DNA of 64,000 bases from a phage: NCBI GenBank assembly GCA_024571205.1, contig GCA_024571205.1_4523.1, one strand, 5' to 3'. Below the pieces are notes generated by a model. It was not told the origin of the DNA and did not search any database. It saw nothing but the letters and a program-made list of their open reading frames with translations. Below, one piece after another: positions 35,499 through 46,077 of the stretch (positions are counted from its first letter, which is position 1; every line of letters begins with the position of its first letter). The position numbers and the translations under genes were made by a program.

Positions 35499-36158
35499 TT
35501 ATTTAGCCCGCCCTAATATCCTTGCTGCTTGGTTGCATATTGCAGCCAAGCGTTCTTCATTTAGCACATCCGATCCCTTATACCAATACATAGAAACAGT
35601 TCCCGCATATATGTTATCCAAATTGAAGTAAGGACAACTATACATATACGCCAGTTCCGGAGTTTTTGATTTGGTAGGTAAGAAAGCAAAATCTGTTTTA
35701 GAAGTAAAGTGAAGTCCACTTAAATGGACCGAATATTCTGCTGTCGTTTTATCAACAGGAAATCCTCCCATAGATTTTTCAGTTACTGTGCTAGGTAACT
35801 TACCTTCATACGCAATAAGGTCGACGAAATAATTTAGATTTTTAGGTCTGAAAGAATACACCGAACTAAAATCCGCCCTTGATGTGACGTGGACTATTTG
35901 TAGTTGTTCTAAAGCCGCAGATTCAAATCGTGTATTTCTTTCTTTTTGAATTACTTCTGTGTAAGTATCATATTTCGACCTCACGTAATAATCCATAAAA
36001 ATATTCCCTTTGTACCATATTAGTGCCATTAGGAACAAAAGAACTACAACAGCAACTCTTGAAATAAGAATATTTCCAGAGGCGTTATCTTTGAAAATGC
36101 GGTCTAGCAACCCAAATAAAATATCACTAGGCGAAAATGATACTTTTGGTGCTGCCAT
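35499..36158 (-). CDS. t: holin T
   Basis: Start set at MAAPKVSFSPSD (second ATG, preceded by GGAGG); matches recalled T4 holin. Confidence 0.85.
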   Translation of the reverse strand: MAAPKVSFSPSDILFGLLDRIFKDNASGNILISRVAVVVLLFLMALIWYKGNIFMDYYVRSKYDTYTEVIQKERNTRFESAALEQLQIVHVTSRADFSSVYSFRPKNLNYFVDLIAYEGKLPSTVTEKSMGGFPVDKTTAEYSVHLSGLHFTSKTDFAFLPTKSKTPELAYMYSCPYFNLDNIYAGTVSMYWYKGSDVLNEERLAAICNQAARILGRAK

Positions 36159-36177
36159 ATTACCTCCCATTTATCAA

Positions 36178-36185
36178 TATTTATA
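36178..36185 (-). promoter_or_regulatory. late promoter TATAAATA for t
   Basis: Minus strand reads caatTATAAATAttgataaatGGGAGGtaatATG. Confidence 0.55.
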
Positions 36186-36203
36186 ATTGAGAGGTATTAT
36201 CGT

Positions 36204-36983
36204 TTAAATCCAGGAGCCGTAGATTGTGCCTGTAGCACCCCATGACGGTGAACTTCCGAATACTGCTCTGCCAGGAGCACCACCGCCAGATCTAGATAAG
36301 TGATTACCCCATCCATCTCCGCCACGACCTCCAGCATCACCGCCATTGCCTCCGCCGAATTGGGAAGTGTAACCGGCCCCGCCCGGGGCGTCATAACTAG
36401 CATTACCACCCGGCCAATTAACGCCACCTCCGCCGATGCCAAATGGTCTACCACCACCGCCACCTGCTGTAGCATTTGGCGCCCAGCTATTCTGTAATGA
36501 CACTGCACCACCTCCGCCACCGCCTGATGCAATAACACCATAGTTCCAAATACGAAGTCTTCCGCCGATATCATTTTGGATTACATCGCCACCATTAGTG
36601 CCTGGGTTTCCGTTTACAGTACCGTTACCACCTCGTCCCCACATATGAACTCCACCATGAATATTCAAAGTAACATATTCATTTGGCGTATCGCCATACA
36701 TAAAGAATAATGGAACATCTTTACTATATGATACCAAATTTCCGGTGATATTAAACACTATAGGTGCACTACCTGCCTCAAAACATCTATCTCGGAACCA
36801 TTGACCGTTGAAGTTATGGTCTGCTCCAAGTGTGTGAATTATTTCTCTTGAACGGCCCGCGAATTGGGACATCCATGAAGGGTTTCCTAAACGAAGTTCC
36901 CTTGAAGCAGCCGTCATCCATCTTTGTCCCGTTTCAGCAACGGCTGAAGTCCCAATCCAACCAGGGATTCCTACTACTGCCAT
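36204..36983 (-). CDS. 38: gp38 receptor-recognising adhesin of the long tail fibre (T2/T6 type, glycine-rich motifs)
   Basis: 259 aa with several poly-Gly segments ([34 protein letters not shown]); position between 37 and t. Confidence 0.8.
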   Translation of the reverse strand: MAVVGIPGWIGTSAVAETGQRWMTAASRELRLGNPSWMSQFAGRSREIIHTLGADHNFNGQWFRDRCFEAGSAPIVFNITGNLVSYSKDVPLFFMYGDTPNEYVTLNIHGGVHMWGRGGNGTVNGNPGTNGGDVIQNDIGGRLRIWNYGVIASGGGGGGAVSLQNSWAPNATAGGGGGRPFGIGGGGVNWPGGNASYDAPGGAGYTSQFGGGNGGDAGGRGGDGWGNHLSRSGGGAPGRAVFGSSPSWGATGTIYGSWI

Positions 36984-36993
36984 ATAAACCTCC

Positions 36994-37009
36994 AGGGCCC
37001 GAAGGCCCT
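36994..37009. promoter_or_regulatory. GC hairpin between genes 37 and 38
   Basis: AGGGCC-cgaa-GGCCCT; a T-run follows on the + strand, the gp38 RBS GGAGG follows on the - strand. Confidence 0.5.
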
Positions 37010-37013
37010 TTTA

Positions 37014-40000
37014 TTATTTTATCAATGATTTAATTAATGCTTTCAATTCGGTAATTTCAGATTTCAATTCCTTGATTTCATCTGTATGCTCGTTTATTGC
37101 AGCTGTATTTAAACCAATAATACCGTTATAGTTCAAACGAAGCAGTCCGGTCTCTTTATCTTCAGAAACAAGTTCAGGTAATACTTCTTGAACTTCCTGA
37201 GCAATTAAACCTGCGGACGGTTTAACTTCGTCTGTAACAGAGTTTTTAAGCAGATAAGTATAACCGCCCAATAGTTTAGATTTCTCTTGAGCGTTCTTAA
37301 TAAGCTTAATTTCCGACTTACAACGAATATCAGAACGAATATAAACGTCGTTAACATCAATGTTATCACGAACATACATACCTGCATTACAGTGGAAGTT
37401 AACATCACCGAATGTCTGAGCTAAACCAGGTCTAAAACTAAACACACCTTGGCCGTTTGCATATGCGTTGAAAATACCATCGTTTTCCCAAAGCAAACCG
37501 GTATCGTTATCTCCAAGTACAATACACGGCCCGCCCCATGCAGGGTCACCACCACCAGCTGATACTCTACTGCTCTTAAGTAAGCTTGGAGCATAAAAAG
37601 TACCGTTATGATGGAATTCATATACAGCTTGTGGGTCGTAACCGTTTTCCTGATTACCTACACGAATAATACCTTGTGCCCATGTATTAGTAATGCGTCG
37701 CATACCAAAATCTACACCAGATATGTATCCTTCATTAGTAATACCGGATTTTCCTTTAATAATAGGATAATAACTATCATTACCAACATTACCAAAATCT
37801 ACAAATACCGGTGCTTCTTGATTCCATTGATTTCCCCAACCACCGCCCTGGTGTGCGGCCCATTGTGTACCGTTTATATGGAGGCGGTCTCTATTAAAAT
37901 TAAATGTTCCTTGGCCTTGAGGAGAAAGTGATATTTCTCCGTTATTTGTTATATATACACCGCCTTGTGTAACATAACTGTAAAAACCTAGACCATTGTC
38001 GGCACCGCCTTTACCAATATACCAATTATTGGCCCCGGCCGTATCAGAACGAATAAATGATGAATCACTGGTCAAAGGAGGATTAAGAACTATTCCAGCG
38101 GCATCTTTATTAATCCAAAGAGTGCCGGTCATCGTGTCGCCTTCTTTCGAAACACGAGTCGCAATAGCATCGCGAATATTTGTAGTATCACCGGCAGAAG
38201 TAAACGTTTTCCAGATATCAGACCAGATATTACCATTGCGAGCAATAGTAGCTTCACCGCCGCCAACAGAAACGTTATCTGGGAAGTTAACAGTACCGTC
38301 TTGATTAAAACGAGACGTATGGCCTTGTGATCCATCTTCTTTCAGATGATGAATAACGAATGTACCCGAATTAATTTCAGTACCTAAAGACCAAACGGCT
38401 TTACCATTTAAAAACTTCTGTTTAACAATAGGATAATATTTGCTTACAGCATCATCATCAATTTCCTGGAAAATAGGAGCCGCTTGGGCATATTGAATAT
38501 CATATCCACCTGCGCCAGCGCCATGTCCAACAAATTTAATATATCCGTTTGCTGCGAACGTATTGTAACTTGATTGTAAATCTGGAATAGTAACTTTACC
38601 AGTATCTAAAGCCAAACTAAACGGGCGAAGTGGGCCGATATCACCATTTTTGCCTTCGCCATAAGCAGTTGGAATAATATGAAGACTTCCTTCTGAACGT
38701 CTAAAAATGGCTCCATAATCTGCGTTCCAAATACGAAGAGCATTCACTGCTCCAGATGAAATTTCACCTGTTGTGTGAACTCCTCTATCTCCAGCAGTAA
38801 CACCAGATGATTCAAATGAACCATTAACGTTCATTTCTACTTCGCCAGTAGTAAGTCTTTGAATATAGCTCATCCAGCTAGTTGCATCAGAAATTTCCAT
38901 AACGTTTTTACGGATACCTCCGCTTGGATCAACAAACGTATTACCCCAAACTTTAATATCCATATTATCAACCGAGCTGTATCCTGTTGTGTTGCCTCTA
39001 AACATTAGTGTAGAAGAATTATTTCTACCATCTATATTTACAGAACCGCCAATAACGTCAATATTACCAGGAGTAACTAACAAACCGCCGTGAGTATTAA
39101 TGTTTGTAGTACCCTTGCCGCGGAAATAATGATGATAGTTACCGCCTTGATAATATCCCAAAAGAGTCTGACCATCTCCAAACGCGTTATTATCGTGATA
39201 TGTCACAACAGTAGCAAGAGCATAGTTTTCAGTTGGAGGAGTAGTTAAATCGGTTCCATTAGTAGAATATCCAGCTACAAATTTTCTTAGGCTAGTTGTT
39301 TCGCTAGGATTAAATAAAAACGTTTTTGTTCCATTATTAACGCTGAAATAATATCCGTCTTGATGCCATTTAAATCCAGTATCATTATCTCCTAAAGCAA
39401 TGCTAGATGGTCCTAATATTGAATAATCTTTATTACCTGGTGTTAAACCGATAGAAATTGAGTGACTTGATTTAATTCCGCCGCTCCAGGTAAATGACCA
39501 AAGATAAGCATCTAATCCATCTCCACTATACCAAGTTATTCCATCATTATCTTTAACTTCATGGAAAATACCAGAACCAACGGCATTACGCATGACACGA
39601 AGATGATTAATAGCAGTAGTGCTTTCAGACAATGGAACATTGTCTGCCATCGAATAGATGTCATAATCACCCGTAGATTTATTATTAGTAATGACTTTGT
39701 TGGTTAGAATTTGTGGAGACGAAATAGATTTCCATGCTGATACTTCAGGTGAAGTAAATAGTCCACTGCCTGAAAATGCATAAGTGCTTTCGCTACCAGC
39801 GGCATAGTCTTGAACCCTGATATTAAGTACTTGTGTAGTTAAACCATCATTAGCCGGGGCATAAATGATTCCGCGTTCGCGACTATTGTTATCGAAAAAA
39901 CGAACATGTGCTGTGCCTGAACTTTTTGTAATAAGTTCACCGCCTTCAGTCATAATCTGCCCGGCGGCAATAATATCGCGAGTTACTCGAGCAATACCAG

Positions 40001-40265
40001 TTAAATTAAAATTACCCGTCTGTGTGAAGACGCCATTTAAAGTATAATCACCAGTTTGGTTGTAATTGCCAGTATGAATAACATTCCCGTCAATACTACC
40101 ACCTTTAGCAAAACCTAGATCAATAATATTTCCTTGGTCATCTTTAGTAAAAAGTACACGGTCTTTTAAGTTTATAGCCAATTCACCTTCGGCTAATACT
40201 GAAGCGGCAGGACGTGCTCCTGCAGTTTTGCTTCTTTTAAATTGTATTTGTTTTAAAGTAGCCAT
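37014..40265 (-). CDS. 37: gp37 long tail fibre distal subunit
   Basis: 1083 aa; C-terminal coiled-coil/intramolecular chaperone-like segment; gene order 34-35-36-37-38. Confidence 0.85.
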   Translation of the reverse strand: MATLKQIQFKRSKTAGARPAASVLAEGELAINLKDRVLFTKDDQGNIIDLGFAKGGSIDGNVIHTGNYNQTGDYTLNGVFTQTGNFNLTGIARVTRDIIAAGQIMTEGGELITKSSGTAHVRFFDNNSRERGIIYAPANDGLTTQVLNIRVQDYAAGSESTYAFSGSGLFTSPEVSAWKSISSPQILTNKVITNNKSTGDYDIYSMADNVPLSESTTAINHLRVMRNAVGSGIFHEVKDNDGITWYSGDGLDAYLWSFTWSGGIKSSHSISIGLTPGNKDYSILGPSSIALGDNDTGFKWHQDGYYFSVNNGTKTFLFNPSETTSLRKFVAGYSTNGTDLTTPPTENYALATVVTYHDNNAFGDGQTLLGYYQGGNYHHYFRGKGTTNINTHGGLLVTPGNIDVIGGSVNIDGRNNSSTLMFRGNTTGYSSVDNMDIKVWGNTFVDPSGGIRKNVMEISDATSWMSYIQRLTTGEVEMNVNGSFESSGVTAGDRGVHTTGEISSGAVNALRIWNADYGAIFRRSEGSLHIIPTAYGEGKNGDIGPLRPFSLALDTGKVTIPDLQSSYNTFAANGYIKFVGHGAGAGGYDIQYAQAAPIFQEIDDDAVSKYYPIVKQKFLNGKAVWSLGTEINSGTFVIHHLKEDGSQGHTSRFNQDGTVNFPDNVSVGGGEATIARNGNIWSDIWKTFTSAGDTTNIRDAIATRVSKEGDTMTGTLWINKDAAGIVLNPPLTSDSSFIRSDTAGANNWYIGKGGADNGLGFYSYVTQGGVYITNNGEISLSPQGQGTFNFNRDRLHINGTQWAAHQGGGWGNQWNQEAPVFVDFGNVGNDSYYPIIKGKSGITNEGYISGVDFGMRRITNTWAQGIIRVGNQENGYDPQAVYEFHHNGTFYAPSLLKSSRVSAGGGDPAWGGPCIVLGDNDTGLLWENDGIFNAYANGQGVFSFRPGLAQTFGDVNFHCNAGMYVRDNIDVNDVYIRSDIRCKSEIKLIKNAQEKSKLLGGYTYLLKNSVTDEVKPSAGLIAQEVQEVLPELVSEDKETGLLRLNYNGIIGLNTAAINEHTDEIKELKSEITELKALIKSLIK

Positions 40266-40273
40266 AAGTCCTC

Positions 40274-40930
40274 TTAATAATAGCCGAAATCTTGAACAGA
40301 ATCCTTAATAACAATTTGGTCAAATCGTGGAACATGCGAGGGTTGAGATGCAGGATTCTGTGAGAAAAAGTTTGGGGCGGTTAGCGCGCCGGTCATCGTA
40401 TCTCCTGAACGGAGTACACGACTGTTTGCATTAGCATTAACTGTATTTATTTGACTATCAACATAATCTTTGCGAGTAAGGTCGTAATTATTTAAAGGTG
40501 CTAACGTTGTGGCTCTGAATTGAGATGCTTCAATAACGCCTTTAGAACTTATATTACCGGTGCGAGTATCAATTACAGCGGTTCTTTCACCTGTACCTTG
40601 AGATGATTTAAACCCAATACCATACCACGAAACAATATCCATGTTTGTTTGGTCGAATGTCGCGGCGTCACCACCACCAGAAAAAATACCATTCGTTTGG
40701 TCATCTGCTGTTTTGACTGCAACACCTTCATTAAAGATTACCTTTTTGAGATATGCCCCACCGTTTGCTTTAGATACGAAATCGTTATCAGCAGCCTGTG
40801 GTTTATTGTATTCAGTATATAATTTAAATGTTTTGTATAAGATGTCATCGCCAGCTGGCATTAAAGGAAAATTGCCTTGATGCCATATGACGGAACCACC
40901 AATTGTACTTCCGGCTTTTAAATCGGCCAT
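40274..40930 (-). CDS. 36: gp36 long tail fibre distal connector
   Basis: 218 aa, upstream of 37. Confidence 0.8.
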   Translation of the reverse strand: MADLKAGSTIGGSVIWHQGNFPLMPAGDDILYKTFKLYTEYNKPQAADNDFVSKANGGAYLKKVIFNEGVAVKTADDQTNGIFSGGGDAATFDQTNMDIVSWYGIGFKSSQGTGERTAVIDTRTGNISSKGVIEASQFRATTLAPLNNYDLTRKDYVDSQINTVNANANSRVLRSGDTMTGALTAPNFFSQNPASQPSHVPRFDQIVIKDSVQDFGYY

Positions 40931-40956
40931 TTCGTGTCTCCTTATTAATATTAAAG

Positions 40957-40964
40957 TATTTATA
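40957..40964 (-). promoter_or_regulatory. late promoter TATAAATA for gene 36
   Basis: Minus strand TATAAATA about 28 nt upstream of the gene 36 ATG. Confidence 0.55.
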
Positions 40965-40972
40965 CGCGAAAA

Positions 40973-40988
40973 GGAGACCGAAGTCTCC
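40973..40988 (-). terminator. terminator hairpin after gene 35 (UUCG tetraloop; functions on both strands)
   Basis: GGAGACttcgGTCTCC followed by TTTT on the - strand and tttatt on the + strand. Confidence 0.55.
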
Positions 40989-40989
40989 T

Positions 40990-42114
40990 TTATTCTGTAT
41001 ACTCTTTAAACTCTTGTCCAAATACCTTACCTGTATCAACAGATAACTGAGTAGGCAAATCCATTATATCATTGTCGGTTAATGATTCATCAATGTAATT
41101 AACGCGAATACCGTTTAGGCCGAACTCTGCTGGTTTTGCTATACTTCCGTTGCATGATACTTCGGTGAAAATGACATTTCGTAAACCACCTTGACCGACT
41201 GGGGCCGTACGATAACAATATACTGTAAAGCCGTCAGCTTCGGCTGGTATTTCGACATACTCTTCATATAACTTCCATTCACCAGCAGTTCCATCAAAGT
41301 TTATATCTTTAGATGATATAGGAGAGCTAGATGGAGTCTTAAAGAAACGAATTGAAAGTCTTGTGGTTCCTTCCTCTAATAATTCTTCATCAGCCATTAA
41401 TTGAAATTTCAGATAAAGAAAATCTGTAGGCTTTAATCTATAGTTTGCTAGAGGAGTAACAAGGGATGACGTAGGCATCCTTTTTATTTCATTGTTAGTT
41501 CCTCCAACAGGAGATAAAAACGTTTCCAATGCTTCGTATGTACGACTAGGGTAGCCGGTAGCACCTATATCAGCAATAGAGTCATAAACTATATCCAATG
41601 GGGTCCCATAATCTGCAATTGTTTTCTTATTACTGTATTTTATATGTTCTAACGCAATAGAATTTTTACCAGACACATAAAACGCCGAATATGAAATATC
41701 AACAAGATTAGCAACTTCAATCGAAGGTATAACTGAACTCCCTGCGGCTTTAAACCATGCAATTATTTCGGGTGGTAAATTAAATTTGTTATTAGAAATA
41801 AATGCGAAAATGAAATTATTTGCATACGTATTAACAAACGAAATAAATGCAGCTGAAGTGGCATTATTTGTTGGTGCAAAATTGTATAATTTACTATCAA
41901 CTATAGTCCCATTTTCCGGATTTATCACCCTAACATTTAGCCCAATACCAAAAGACTGCAGTCCTAAAGGCTCGTTTTGGAACAAAATATATGGATTAGA
42001 TGTTGAAAGCGGGCATGAACCCGCTATACTTAACTTAAATCTAACCGAATTGCTTTCCGATAAAAATGGCGTTTGGACGTATCCTTGTCCAAACCTTGCC
42101 ATAAATTTTTCCAT
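40990..42114 (-). CDS. 35: gp35 long tail fibre hinge connector
   Basis: 374 aa; between 34 and 36. Confidence 0.8.
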   Translation of the reverse strand: MEKFMARFGQGYVQTPFLSESNSVRFKLSIAGSCPLSTSNPYILFQNEPLGLQSFGIGLNVRVINPENGTIVDSKLYNFAPTNNATSAAFISFVNTYANNFIFAFISNNKFNLPPEIIAWFKAAGSSVIPSIEVANLVDISYSAFYVSGKNSIALEHIKYSNKKTIADYGTPLDIVYDSIADIGATGYPSRTYEALETFLSPVGGTNNEIKRMPTSSLVTPLANYRLKPTDFLYLKFQLMADEELLEEGTTRLSIRFFKTPSSSPISSKDINFDGTAGEWKLYEEYVEIPAEADGFTVYCYRTAPVGQGGLRNVIFTEVSCNGSIAKPAEFGLNGIRVNYIDESLTDNDIMDLPTQLSVDTGKVFGQEFKEYTE

Positions 42115-42122
42115 ATAACCTC

Positions 42123-45100
42123 TTATTCAACCCATATAAATTTAACGGTTTTGTTGACCGGGTCCGGAACAATTCTCACATTTCCTAATTGTAAGAAGTC
42201 TCGAACAGTAAGGTTTCCGATTACCGCGTTATCAGATGGGATAGCACCGACATCGCTAGGTGAAGGTGGGTTGCCGCTATCAAACACCATTGCAAATGAC
42301 GTCCAAGCGTCTTTGTTTTTCTGCCAGGTACGAGTGTAGCGAATACTACCACCATTTGCACCTGTAGGATAACAAATCCAATCCTGATAAAGCGAATCTA
42401 AACTATTACCAAATTGGGTCAAAGTACCAGGATATTTAATCTCTTGGTCACGGTTACCTTGGTTATCACGAGTCCAATACCCCGGGAATTGACTATATGT
42501 TGCAGAATCATTGATATCAATAGACCAAAAACCTACAGTAGAAGCAGTTGGCTTATCAGTATAAACGGTTGTTGTTTTAACACCATTAGAAATAATTCTG
42601 TTGTTTACAGTTAATCCACCAGTAGTTATTGTTGCACCACTTGTGATTTGAACACCATTATCCAAACGAACAAGACCAGTGGCATTGTTAATCGTGATTG
42701 GACGTAAGTTATTAAATGTCCCGGTTTGGTCACCTGAGTTAGTTAATGCGATATAAGAACTGTTGCCAGCGTTATAAAGCATAACACCATAGTTACCATT
42801 AATAGCTCTGAATGCAATAGGAGAACGAGAAACAATTTCACCTGTAGCAGTAATAGACCCGGTAAATGTCGAAACACCTGTAACGTTTAAACCATTTGTA
42901 GAAACAACACCAGCAGAATAAAGCGTTCCATTAACATTGAATGATACTTTACTGTCTGCGGCACGCTGAGAATAGAAATGATAGCCGGTTGTATCGCCAG
43001 CTTCAAATACTGTATCACGTCCACCAGTGGTAACGCTATTACCCCATACTCTAACAACAAAATCCTCTTTATTACTAAGAGGTTGGGTTCCTTTGGTGAA
43101 AAAGATTTCAGAACCACTAGAGTCATTGAGAGTTAATCTACGAGTAATAGATGCCTCGGAACCAAAAGAAGCAGTGCTTGTAGATACTAAAGGGGCACTC
43201 AGGTTGGTCTGCTTAGTAAGACTTAAAGAACCATTAACAGTCTGGTCGATGTCTCGACGGATGAACTGAAGAGAATCTAGCCCATCTAACAAATTGCTAT
43301 CTACGGCTTTAGCTTTCAATGGGAGATAGTTAGCAAGCACACGGTTTAATTCATATGGTGAAATAGCATAACCGTTTTTAGCGTATATGTCCAGGTCCTG
43401 CGTATTACCTTGGGTATCGTCACCAACAAATGTAATAGAGCCAGATGAAGTTCTTACAAATCCACGTTGAGATGTTGTTGCTTCCCATGTTGCTTCAGAT
43501 TGGACGATCCATTTTAAATTCTTAGGTGATACAGCGGTATTAGCAGAAGTTCCTGTTACAGTTTCTGCCTGAGTAGCAACCTTAATTACACCTTCAGACG
43601 TTTCAGTGGACTTAGTCCCTAAAAGCTTTTTAGGAGTAATAAGAACATCATCTAAAGTTCCTGCATTAGATTCTGCCTGGGTCGCTACGCGAAGTGTACC
43701 ACGCTGTGTTTCATTTGCTTTAGAAATATCAAGAGTATAATGGTTCCATAAGGTTCCTTCTTCAATAAGTCCGGAATCAGAATTAACACTGGTACGGCCA
43801 GAAGAATCAAAATGAGTTTTAATTTTCAGTGGAGTCGAGATACGAATATCATCAGTTCCAGTATCAAATTCAACTTGCGTAGCAATTTCGGCTATGCCGG
43901 ATAATCCTTCCGTAGCTTTCCTATCATTTAACGTCTTAGGCGTTACTGCTCTAGTATAATCAGCCCCAGCGTCAGTTTCTGCTTGCGTAGCAATTTCAAT
44001 TAAACCAATACGTCCATCGGTAGAAGTTTTCTTATGCAGAGTTTCAGGAGTCACTACAGCATTAGCCCAGCCGGTTTGCGATTCACCAGCGATAACTTCA
44101 CTTTCAATAGCAAGAATTACTGCACCCTGTTGAGTAGGGGTAGCTTTATACTGGTCAAGAGCCTTTGGAGAAATAGTTAAATTATCTACGGCTTTGTTAT
44201 AAACGTTAGTCCCGGCATTACCACGAATAGTAGCAGCTGTAGTACCAGTCGTAGATGTGTATTTTACAATACCAGATAAAACTTCAGAACCTTGACGTGC
44301 ATCCAATTTCTTAGGAGTAATAATAGTAGTATCATCAGTCCCAGCGTTAGTTTCTGCTTGCGTAGCAATTTCAGCGACACCTCTACGTGTTTCTGTTGCA
44401 GTACGTTCATTTAATTTCTTAGGAGAAATAATTAAATCATCCTGGAAAGCAAAATCGGTGTTCTGATTAACTTGTGTAGTTGTTGCAATACGGGCAATAC
44501 CACGCCGAGTTTCGGTTGCCGTACGATTTGCTAATGTTTCAGGCGTAATAGCAAGTTCTTTACCCGGAGAATTTTCTAAATCAACATTAGCTTGAGCCTG
44601 AGATGCTAGAGCAATAACACCTACTCGAGCTCTAGTTACATCACTAGTTGCATCAACACGTTCTACTGTGACAACATTTTGTTGTACAACCCAATAACTA
44701 GTTAAAGTGGACGTATCTTCGATGTATGCCAATTCAAGAACTGGAACATAAGATGTATCCCCATTGAATTCCAATTCAGGTACAGAAACCCATTGTGTTT
44801 CAGGTGGATAAGAAGAACGTTTAGGAAACTGGAGCAAGTTAATATTTGTTGCTATAACATCACCGACAGCCGCTTTAATTTTTACAGTTTGCCCTTTTCT
44901 CATATAATTCAGAGAAATTTTAACTGTATCACCGTTTGAAATACTAGTAGGCAAATTAAGATTTACCGTAGAAGACGTAGCGTTGTCGGTACCAAAAATG
45001 AGAACTTCTTCATTAGGACGAAGATTTGTATCGTTTCTAATAATACGAAGTCTTGCTTTCTGGTCGCCTTCCCATACACGCCATAAACTATTGGCGGCAT

Positions 45101-45956
45101 CATATACAAAAAATGCATCTGCAGAAGTACGTCCTTCAGCACGATGGGTGCCTATTTCTTTAATTGATGTCGTATCATCAAAAGTTTCAACAATCGTATG
45201 GTACAATGGGTTTAATTTGTCCAAATCAACAAGATTAATAATATCTCCATTGTTAGCATTACGCGGAAGTTTAATGTTGATTGGTTCACCTGAAGTAAAG
45301 CGTCGTATAATAAAATCATTTGCTTGGGCCTGATAAGCTGCTGCCGGAGTTACGGTAACAGTATTACGTCCATAATCCGAAATATACATCTGCCACAAAC
45401 GATTACTAAAAACAAAAACAATCTGGGATTTAGGATGGGTCATTAAAACAGAACGAACTTGTTGACCTCTAAAATTGACAATACTTTGAACTGGAGCTAT
45501 GATTTGGACTTTAACATATCCTACACGTCCACCTATATCAGATAAAATTAACGTATCACCGTCTAATGGGTTAGGAGGAAGAGTGAAATTAATATCAGTG
45601 CCTGCCGAAGTATCAACAGATATAGAGTTACCTACAGATAATTGGAAATCACCACCTGAAACAGTAATCCATTGGGCATCAGTACGGACTGCTTTCCATT
45701 TAACAGAGTCAAAGGTGCCCGCTGGTGCCGGAATATCACTTAAAGCCTGATAAAAACGATTATCATAAAGAACAATAAAATCTTTAGTATACGCGCGCAA
45801 CGCGTCATAATTCTGTACGGTGTTTTCTTGCACTAAGAAGTCAACGTTCACGCCATCGGTGCCAACTGTGCGGTCAGCAAGCGCAACGTTAACTATCTTA
45901 TCACCGCCTGCGTCAAGACCATCTTCGGCCCTGAACTTACGTTTGATGTCAACCAT
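42123..45956 (-). CDS. 34: gp34 long tail fibre proximal subunit
   Basis: 1277 aa; internal tandem repeats of ATETRRG.A.IAT.AE.NAGTDD..ITPKKL. Confidence 0.85.
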   Translation of the reverse strand: MVDIKRKFRAEDGLDAGGDKIVNVALADRTVGTDGVNVDFLVQENTVQNYDALRAYTKDFIVLYDNRFYQALSDIPAPAGTFDSVKWKAVRTDAQWITVSGGDFQLSVGNSISVDTSAGTDINFTLPPNPLDGDTLILSDIGGRVGYVKVQIIAPVQSIVNFRGQQVRSVLMTHPKSQIVFVFSNRLWQMYISDYGRNTVTVTPAAAYQAQANDFIIRRFTSGEPINIKLPRNANNGDIINLVDLDKLNPLYHTIVETFDDTTSIKEIGTHRAEGRTSADAFFVYDAANSLWRVWEGDQKARLRIIRNDTNLRPNEEVLIFGTDNATSSTVNLNLPTSISNGDTVKISLNYMRKGQTVKIKAAVGDVIATNINLLQFPKRSSYPPETQWVSVPELEFNGDTSYVPVLELAYIEDTSTLTSYWVVQQNVVTVERVDATSDVTRARVGVIALASQAQANVDLENSPGKELAITPETLANRTATETRRGIARIATTTQVNQNTDFAFQDDLIISPKKLNERTATETRRGVAEIATQAETNAGTDDTTIITPKKLDARQGSEVLSGIVKYTSTTGTTAATIRGNAGTNVYNKAVDNLTISPKALDQYKATPTQQGAVILAIESEVIAGESQTGWANAVVTPETLHKKTSTDGRIGLIEIATQAETDAGADYTRAVTPKTLNDRKATEGLSGIAEIATQVEFDTGTDDIRISTPLKIKTHFDSSGRTSVNSDSGLIEEGTLWNHYTLDISKANETQRGTLRVATQAESNAGTLDDVLITPKKLLGTKSTETSEGVIKVATQAETVTGTSANTAVSPKNLKWIVQSEATWEATTSQRGFVRTSSGSITFVGDDTQGNTQDLDIYAKNGYAISPYELNRVLANYLPLKAKAVDSNLLDGLDSLQFIRRDIDQTVNGSLSLTKQTNLSAPLVSTSTASFGSEASITRRLTLNDSSGSEIFFTKGTQPLSNKEDFVVRVWGNSVTTGGRDTVFEAGDTTGYHFYSQRAADSKVSFNVNGTLYSAGVVSTNGLNVTGVSTFTGSITATGEIVSRSPIAFRAINGNYGVMLYNAGNSSYIALTNSGDQTGTFNNLRPITINNATGLVRLDNGVQITSGATITTGGLTVNNRIISNGVKTTTVYTDKPTASTVGFWSIDINDSATYSQFPGYWTRDNQGNRDQEIKYPGTLTQFGNSLDSLYQDWICYPTGANGGSIRYTRTWQKNKDAWTSFAMVFDSGNPPSPSDVGAIPSDNAVIGNLTVRDFLQLGNVRIVPDPVNKTVKFIWVE

Positions 45957-45990
45957 GGTAGTCCTCTTATCATTATGTGTTCTATTTTAC

Positions 45991-45998
45991 TATTTATA
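45991..45998 (-). promoter_or_regulatory. late promoter TATAAATA for gene 34
   Basis: Minus strand TATAAATA about 35 nt upstream of the gene 34 ATG. Confidence 0.55.
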
Positions 45999-46005
45999 AA
46001 TGAAG

Positions 46006-46035
46006 TAAAAGTCCTGTTTACGCTTTCAAGTGAGT
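46006..46035 (+). promoter_or_regulatory. T4-early-type promoter
   Basis: GTTTAC 46006, 18-nt spacer, tactat 46030-46035; precedes rnh. Confidence 0.6.
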
Positions 46036-46077
46036 GTGTTACTATAGACACGTTGACTAACTGAACAAGAGGTTCAT

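Noticed and set aside
36186-36215. A 21-nt near-match between the gene 38 3' end (aaatccaggagccgtagattg) and 63563-63584 (aaatcgaggagccgtcgaattg)
   Set aside because: 19 of 21 with an indel is within chance expectation for all-against-all comparison of 64 kb; no flanking similarity.
36197-36574. Minus-strand ORFs in alternative frames within gene 38 (36197-36574, 36300-36497)
   Set aside because: Produced by the G-rich repeat codons of the gp38 glycine motifs; the 259-aa frame with the adhesin architecture is the coherent one.
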